64,000 bases of DNA, taken from NCBI GenBank assembly GCA_965178125.1, contig OZ237743.1, positions 124,001 to 188,000 of the forward strand, given 5' to 3'. This document shows positions 58,401-64,000 of this stretch, piece after piece. Under the pieces are notes generated by a model that was given only the letters and a program-made list of their open reading frames with translations, was not told the DNA's origin and searched no databases. Source of the DNA: Bilabrum cf. latius. Lineage: Eukaryota. The position numbers and the translations under genes are program-made. Numbering within the stretch: the stretch's first letter is position 1; each line of letters begins with the position of its first letter.

Positions 58401-61400
58401 TGCAAACGTCCACCTCGCCAGCAGCCCCGCGAACCGCCGGCCGCACTATTTCCCGCCAGGCACCAGCTTCAGCTTAACATGCCCCAAGGCAAGCTCAATG
58501 AGGTAGCGGCCGATCCTATTATAATCCTGCTAGATGACGGAGTCGATGGTCTGCTCGATCTTACGTGAGTTGCTCGTGAGATTTCTGACCGGTTCGTAGC
58601 TACCGAATACTTGATCGTCCCAGTTGTACATGTTGGTCATGTAGAAGAAACTACCCCTTGAGCCATACTCATGTTTCTTCGGTGGCGCCGCCTCGGCATA
58701 GTTCTTCGCAGTACGCAAAACCATCTAGCCCAGCATGTCGTAGAACCCTGAACGCCTCGGTAGTCGAGCCGTCAGCTACGCTTCAAGCACGTCGCCGAAT
58801 CGAAGAGCCCGCCACTACGCAGACAACTCCAAGGCACGCTCCATCTCCGTAGACTTTGGCTCTGCGTCGGCCGTAAGCAGATCGTCGCAGGCGGACTGGT
58901 GATCGGCGCGAGAGAGTCTGCAGCAGGACTGCACGTGTCCATGAACACCAAGGTAATCCATGTAGATCGCGGTATTGGTACCCTCGAACGGCATCTTAGC
59001 GTTTCCAAACCGCAGTGCCAGAGCCAGCTTCAACCTTACTGCAAGCATGTCTGGGGTCACGTCGCTTGCAAGCCCTTCCAGCTGTGAGAGCCAGTAGGAT
59101 TCCTCCCAGGAGAGCGCCTTGTCCGTGTTTATGCTGGGCATCAGCCTCGCCGCGAGCTCGTACTCCCTTGCCCTGAGCAAACAATTGAGATAGTACAATG
59201 CTGCGCTCACCGAGGGTAACTTGAGAAACGACTCAGACACAGACACTTCCAGAAAGTAGGACCGCGATTGGGCAAACGCCAGCCACCCCGTATCTCCCCT
59301 GTGTTGCGACACGTACGTTGAGAAGGGCGCATGCTTGATGTCAGGCCTCTCCAGCGGGTGCGATGCAACGAACAAGCTGAGCCCGCCCGAATCGCTTTCA
59401 ACCAGCATGGCGTGTGGGAGACCTTTCATGAGGGAGCTGGGCCCAAGATTTGAGCCGACCGGGAGAGCCACAGGAGGGAGGTGGCCTGCTGGCTAACCAG
59501 GTGCAGCACGCGTTTCCGGACCATCGCGCTGCAAAACAGCAAGCGTATCCTCCGTGTACCGATCACATACGAACAGATCGTTACGATCTGCAAAATATAG
59601 GCGCGCGGGTCGACAATCTAGTGCGGCTGCGCCGCCCAACGCTGCACCGCCCGACGCTGCACCAGCGGGGTGCACACCGTTGGAGCTCAATGAAGTGCCC
59701 GCGCCTTTATCTTGTCTCACTAAGTCCTACAACTGTGTTTCGTTTAATTCTCTGCACAAGAGCTCGGTCTCAAGCCGCGGCATACTGACAGACTGGAGCT
59801 CACACAGCTGGCCTGGTTTGACTGCGCTGCACCACGAGATTGAGCTGACTTGCCTCGCCGAGCCCGACGCTTCCGCTGCATCGAATGTCCAAGGGAGCAC
59901 ATGGCCTAGTGACTCAGATCTCGCCAATGTGGCGGCAAGACGATCTAGTGGAGAGCCAGGGGGTGCCTGCTGCAGGTTGAGAAGCAAAGCATCCGGCTTG
60001 GTCCCGGGTGGCGCATCGACGAGACCGCTGCTGTCCGGGGTGAGCTGCAGTGCATCTGGAAATTGAGCCCTAGCAGCAGCAACCACGGCCGGGTCACCAA
60101 TCATGCCAGGAAACAAAGACTTTCTGTACAGTCGAGCGGCCCTGCGAGCCTCAGGCTCAAGGTGAGCTTGCACAACTGCAGTAGGCAAGGCATCCAGGAT
60201 ATACAGGGCATCTTCAGTCGGAGCGTGACCGGCTGCATCATCACCAGGCTCGTTTCCATCCGACTGGCTCTACTCCTAGCCCTGTTCCTCACCATCGCCA
60301 CTAGATTCATGCGCCTGCCTGCTCTCATTTCGGGTCATAGATGCAGGCGGGTACTCCCCGACGAGACGCCCGGTGGCTGCGCACAGCCACCACTGGAGCC
60401 CCTTTGAAAGCAACGCATGCGGTACAGCACCATTCAGCAGCATAGATGGAATCAGGCTGTATGCGGTCAGATCCGACATGTCCTCTCCTTCGGGTCGCAG
60501 GCGCCTAATTTCCACGCCGTCTAGTACCCTTGCCTCGGTGCCCAGATTCCCAGCAACGAAGTGGAGGAGTGTCGACACTCTGAATTTGACTTCAGCAGGC
60601 GGTAGCTGTGCGATGGAGAACCTGGCATCTGAGGTCCAGCAGGCCACGCAAAAAACTCGCCGTGCGTACTCTTGGAAGTAGTACGCATCGCATGTCCGTC
60701 TGTTTCTGCGCAGAACCAGCTTCTTGAGGATCGAACCGTCTGCCTCTGGGTGCTAGCTCACGCAGTACACTTCAACAAGGTCCGCACCACTGTTTATTTG
60801 CTCTCGGTTTGCGTACAGAGCCATGTAGCGCCCGAGTTCAGCGGCGCCATCCGAATCGGCTTCTCTCACAGCCTGCATCCACGTGTCCTGCAGAACGCTC
60901 GACACCCAGCGTTCCGGTGACGAATCGAGAGAGGGAACCACGGTCACAAACTAGTCCTCTTCGGGAAGAGCCTCGAGTGAGTCGACGTCACACGTCAATT
61001 TCATCGAATACGACCTTCTCTTGCCACTTCGCAAGTCCTCGCTCACGCCCCGACCGCGGATCCACTCCGGAAGGCCCATGCATTCGAGCGTGCCTTTGTA
61101 CTACGACGGCTTTAAGCCCTGCCAGTGGTGTATCTCCAAGTCTCCATACCCAGCAAATGCAGGCATGGAGCTAATGGCGTACTGCACCAAACTCTCATGA
61201 CGGGCCACTACGGTGCAGAAGGGGGCATCATTGCCTGCGAAGAACGTCTGGCAAGCGAGTGTGTTATTGACTGACGCAGGCAGAGGCACGACATCGCTAC
61301 CCTTGGCTGCAGTCATCCTGCAGCTCTGTGCGTCCATCACGTGCTTCCCGCTGGCATCCTCAAATGCCCCATTTGAATGCAAAGCGGGCTTGGGGGTACC

Positions 61401-64000
61401 CCACGAGGCATCGCGCTAGCTCGTGTATAACTGTCGACTCACAGAGAGCGCATGCTCAGGCACCCCGATGGTTGGCCATCCCAATGCTGACGGTCCGGCA
61501 GCTCCGGAGCCGCTTGAAGCGGCTTTTGCTGAACTGGGTTGGTCAGACGATTCGCCGGACCCGCAATCCATCGGGTGTGCGCCGCAGATCATTTTGCTCC
61601 ACGATTCGGCCCAAGCCGGGCCAGAACCCTTCTAGCACGCGACAAAGTAGCCAACCAAAGTAGCCCGAAGCGAGTCGATCGCATCGAACACCTGTGTCTC
61701 GCTCACCCTGACGAGCCTCTGCAGGTATGGAGCCTCCATCCCGTCCTGGAACTAGCTCTCTTTTGCATCGCTCGGGTGCTTCGGCGCTGAGAGTCGGTAC
61801 TTGGGTGGCTCCAATTCCATCACGTACTGCTTTCCAAGGCCGTGGAAAGTGTGGAAGAAGGCTAGGCTTCCCATGACCCGGCCGATCCCTTCGTCGCCCA
61901 TTTCCAGAGGGGCAAATCCTTGTCGGAGCAGTGCCCAGTGAGTCCGGGATAAGACCTGTAGCTAAAGATCCGCCCTCTTAGAACCCTACCGCTCGTAGAA
62001 ATCCAGGACTGGGTCAAGATGAGCAGTGATACACTCACGCATTTGGGAGCGGCATTGCCTTAACCGTTCCAGCAGTGCCTCCGTCGGCGCGGCGGGGTGG
62101 TTCGCCGGAAGCTGCAAGACTCGCGTGGCTGCAAGGAGCACTCCACCAGCAAGCCGACATGCGAAAGTAAGCGGCGTCACAAACACAGGGTTGATGTTAC
62201 CCTTGCACATCCTCGCAATTTCCTCGCAGACGGCCATCAGCGGACCCACCGTGCCCTCCGGGGCGTGGGCCAGCTCGTGCCAGAGCGACCCATACGTCGA
62301 ACCGAGAGAGACAAGGTCCGTCGGGGCATGATCAGGCATGCCTGGCAAGTGTGCACAAGCTAGTGGCACTGCGGGAGGGCCGGCGCTATCATCCCTGTCA
62401 GTCGAAATCACGCCCTGCTACAACCCAAACCTCTAGCGAGCGAAAGGGCTTCCATGAAACAGTGGCCCTGACGAAGATGCCGAACTAGCTCCTCCTCCTG
62501 TCGCGGATGCGGCAGCTGCTGCTAGTCCTGAGCCACCTGTTCCTCCCTTGGACGTGCTGCCGCTCGTCAAATCGGGGCACGCGGACTCTGCTACCGCACC
62601 GAGTCGAAACACGGAAGTCCACAGCACCTCACGGAGTTCCTCGTTGAAGAGGGCAGATCCGCGCGCCTCGGCAAAGAATCCGAGCACCAGGGGCACACGC
62701 ATGGATGACGTCACTGTCAGAGCGCTCAGCAGCTCCTGCGAATCGGTGTCCGTCAGGTAATTCCCAAAGGAATCAAGACCCTCCGCCAGCACCACATCAT
62801 CTTCATCGGCTGCACCGTCCTCGATGCGTGCAAGGACGCCGTGTGCCTCAGGAGTCATGAAACTGTGCGATGGGTAGGGTACTGTCAGACTGCATCCCTA
62901 CCGGTGCTTGTCCGCAGACCCATCAACCTTGATTCCAGCCTAACCCTTCGTGATCTTGTCGTCGAACTTGGGAGGGGTGAACGAGATCCTTGGCGACACG
63001 AGCTTGCCGGGGGTTCGCCCGATGCCACCGCCGCCGACGAGCTCTATGGCCATCAGGGCCTGTACGTCCCGAACCGCCGCGAACTCGGGGCACTTGTTGG
63101 GCACGTCGTCCGAAAGCTGCATGCAGACTCCCGCGACGAACTTGGGACAGTCTTTCTCGGGGTCTTCCATCTTCATTTTGCGGCATGCCGTTATCGCGAC
63201 GCCATTGACTGTCGGCAACCCCAGCTCAGCGGCAAAGTCGTACGTGATCTTGCTGTTGCTCCAGTTTTGGGATGCTTCTTGCATTGAAGAGCTACCGCCA
63301 CCTGTGTTCCATGCAAACGAGCCTATCAGGCGATCCAGCCTGCCTTTCGGTTTGCTGACTCGCCTAGCGCTAGCCACAGCACTTAATGCTTGGTCCTCTG
63401 CCTGACGACACCCCAGAATTCTCTGTGCAGCCACTCCAACCAGAGGGTCTTCGAGGCTCCACAGCTGCATCGGTACCTCGAGCGGCTCTCCGATGGCGGT
63501 GCTCTGCAGCAGGGTATGCGGCTCGATCTTGGAAGGGCTGAACCTTTCGGTCTTCGCACCAGGCACGGCTTCTGCGCGCAGGAGCTTCGTGACGAGAGAG
63601 CCCTCTCCTTGCGGGCATCCGTACCTCATGACCGACAGAACAAAGTACAAGACTGCAAGCGAGCACGCTTGGCGCTCGGAGACTCCAGCCGCATCTTTTC
63701 GGGGGTTGAAGTGCGTATAGCTGAGGTACTTGCGGAGGAGATCGACGGCAGAATTGCACAGGTCGAGCACTCGTTTCTGTGGCAGCGTGCCGCACGGGTG
63801 CCCGACCGTTACGGAGCTGCTCCCTGCCTTCCCCAGCATCCATCCGATCGAGTCGAAGGGCAGCCGCTGCAGTATGACGCGCTTGACAAATCGGGACCCC
63901 ATAAGCGCCCCATAGTACCCTTCCGACTGCTCCCATATCCGGTCGGCCAGCCTCGAAGCCCCTTCTATTAGGCGCAAGACGTTGTCAGAGGAATCCGTGG
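52499..64000 (-). CDS. Giant (>3,700 aa, 5' end beyond the window) DUF3638/DUF3645 P-loop protein with a C-terminal EF-hand pair; intron 53516-53654
   Basis: One frame from 64000 to 53655, with about 30 TAGs as the only stops in the segments I traced. Motifs ELINGWLLRRA[TAG]VE, MGSGKT, LMDEVD, AVPFVGKDVPS..SSFAQPD, GFSGT, LIDAGALITG, HTTGTDIK, QAAWRMR, EQE repeats, SLAEAE and EF-hand-like DADADSFVSIRE. Ends at TAA 52499-52501. Confidence 0.85.
53516..53654 (-). other. Spliceosomal intron (139 nt, GTGAG...CGCAG)
   Basis: The phase-0 junction TAT|GTG reconciles the two frames, and the interior is AT-richer than the exons. Confidence 0.8.

Noticed and set aside
1-64000. Region of mass pseudogenisation or C-to-T hypermutation (RIP/deamination) creating stops
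   Set aside because: Such processes would also create TAA (from CAA) and TGA (from CGA/TGG). Only TAG is found in frame, and the catalytic motifs are intact.
1-64000. TAGs as acceptor sites of tiny in-frame introns
   Set aside because: Most TAGs have no suitable upstream GT donor, the flanking residues on both sides fit the family motifs without a gap, and the real introns here are 139-229 nt with GTGAG donors.
1-64000. Pyrrolysine, leaky readthrough, or a code-15 phage/bacterial origin
   Set aside because: Up to about 30 TAGs per gene is incompatible with leaky readthrough. TAG maps to Gln positions, and the spliceosomal introns and gene set (AMPK beta, INPP4, Rtt106-like) are eukaryotic nuclear.
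1-64000. tRNA (including a CUA suppressor), rRNA, transposase or integrase genes
   Set aside because: None could be recognised by eye in the short intergenic regions. A covariance-model search would be needed to exclude small RNAs.

Overview
GC-rich, gene-dense nuclear DNA from a unicellular eukaryote, with few GT-AG introns, long Gly/Ala low-complexity inserts and no prokaryotic operon structure. A Cafeteria-like heterotrophic stramenopile is only a low-confidence guess. The main result is a non-standard nuclear genetic code. The many short ORFs in the supplied track join into about 12 long, recognisable genes once TAG is read as an amino acid. I counted on the order of 100 in-frame TAGs by hand, found no in-frame TAA, and found internal TGA only directly after two homopolymer frameshifts. 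Several independent observations give TAG = Gln, while TAA and TGA remain stops (table-15-like, with UAA and UAG decoupled). Genes: INPP4-type phosphatase, CRT-like transporter, purple acid phosphatase, a ~4,324-aa FG-GAP/IPT/multi-TM surface protein, F-BAR + SBF2-like protein, AMPK/SNF1 beta subunit, DUF2828 vWA protein, Rtt106-like histone chaperone, leishmanolysin, a ~3,830-aa ankyrin/SecA-like ATPase, and a >3,700-aa DUF3638/DUF3645 protein with EF-hands. Other structure: the FG-GAP gene sits between ~660-bp direct repeats with reciprocal decay, its repeats have homogenised scaffolds with hypervariable loops, and there is a palindrome-rich MITE-like element. Family assignments come from motif recognition by eye, not database searches.
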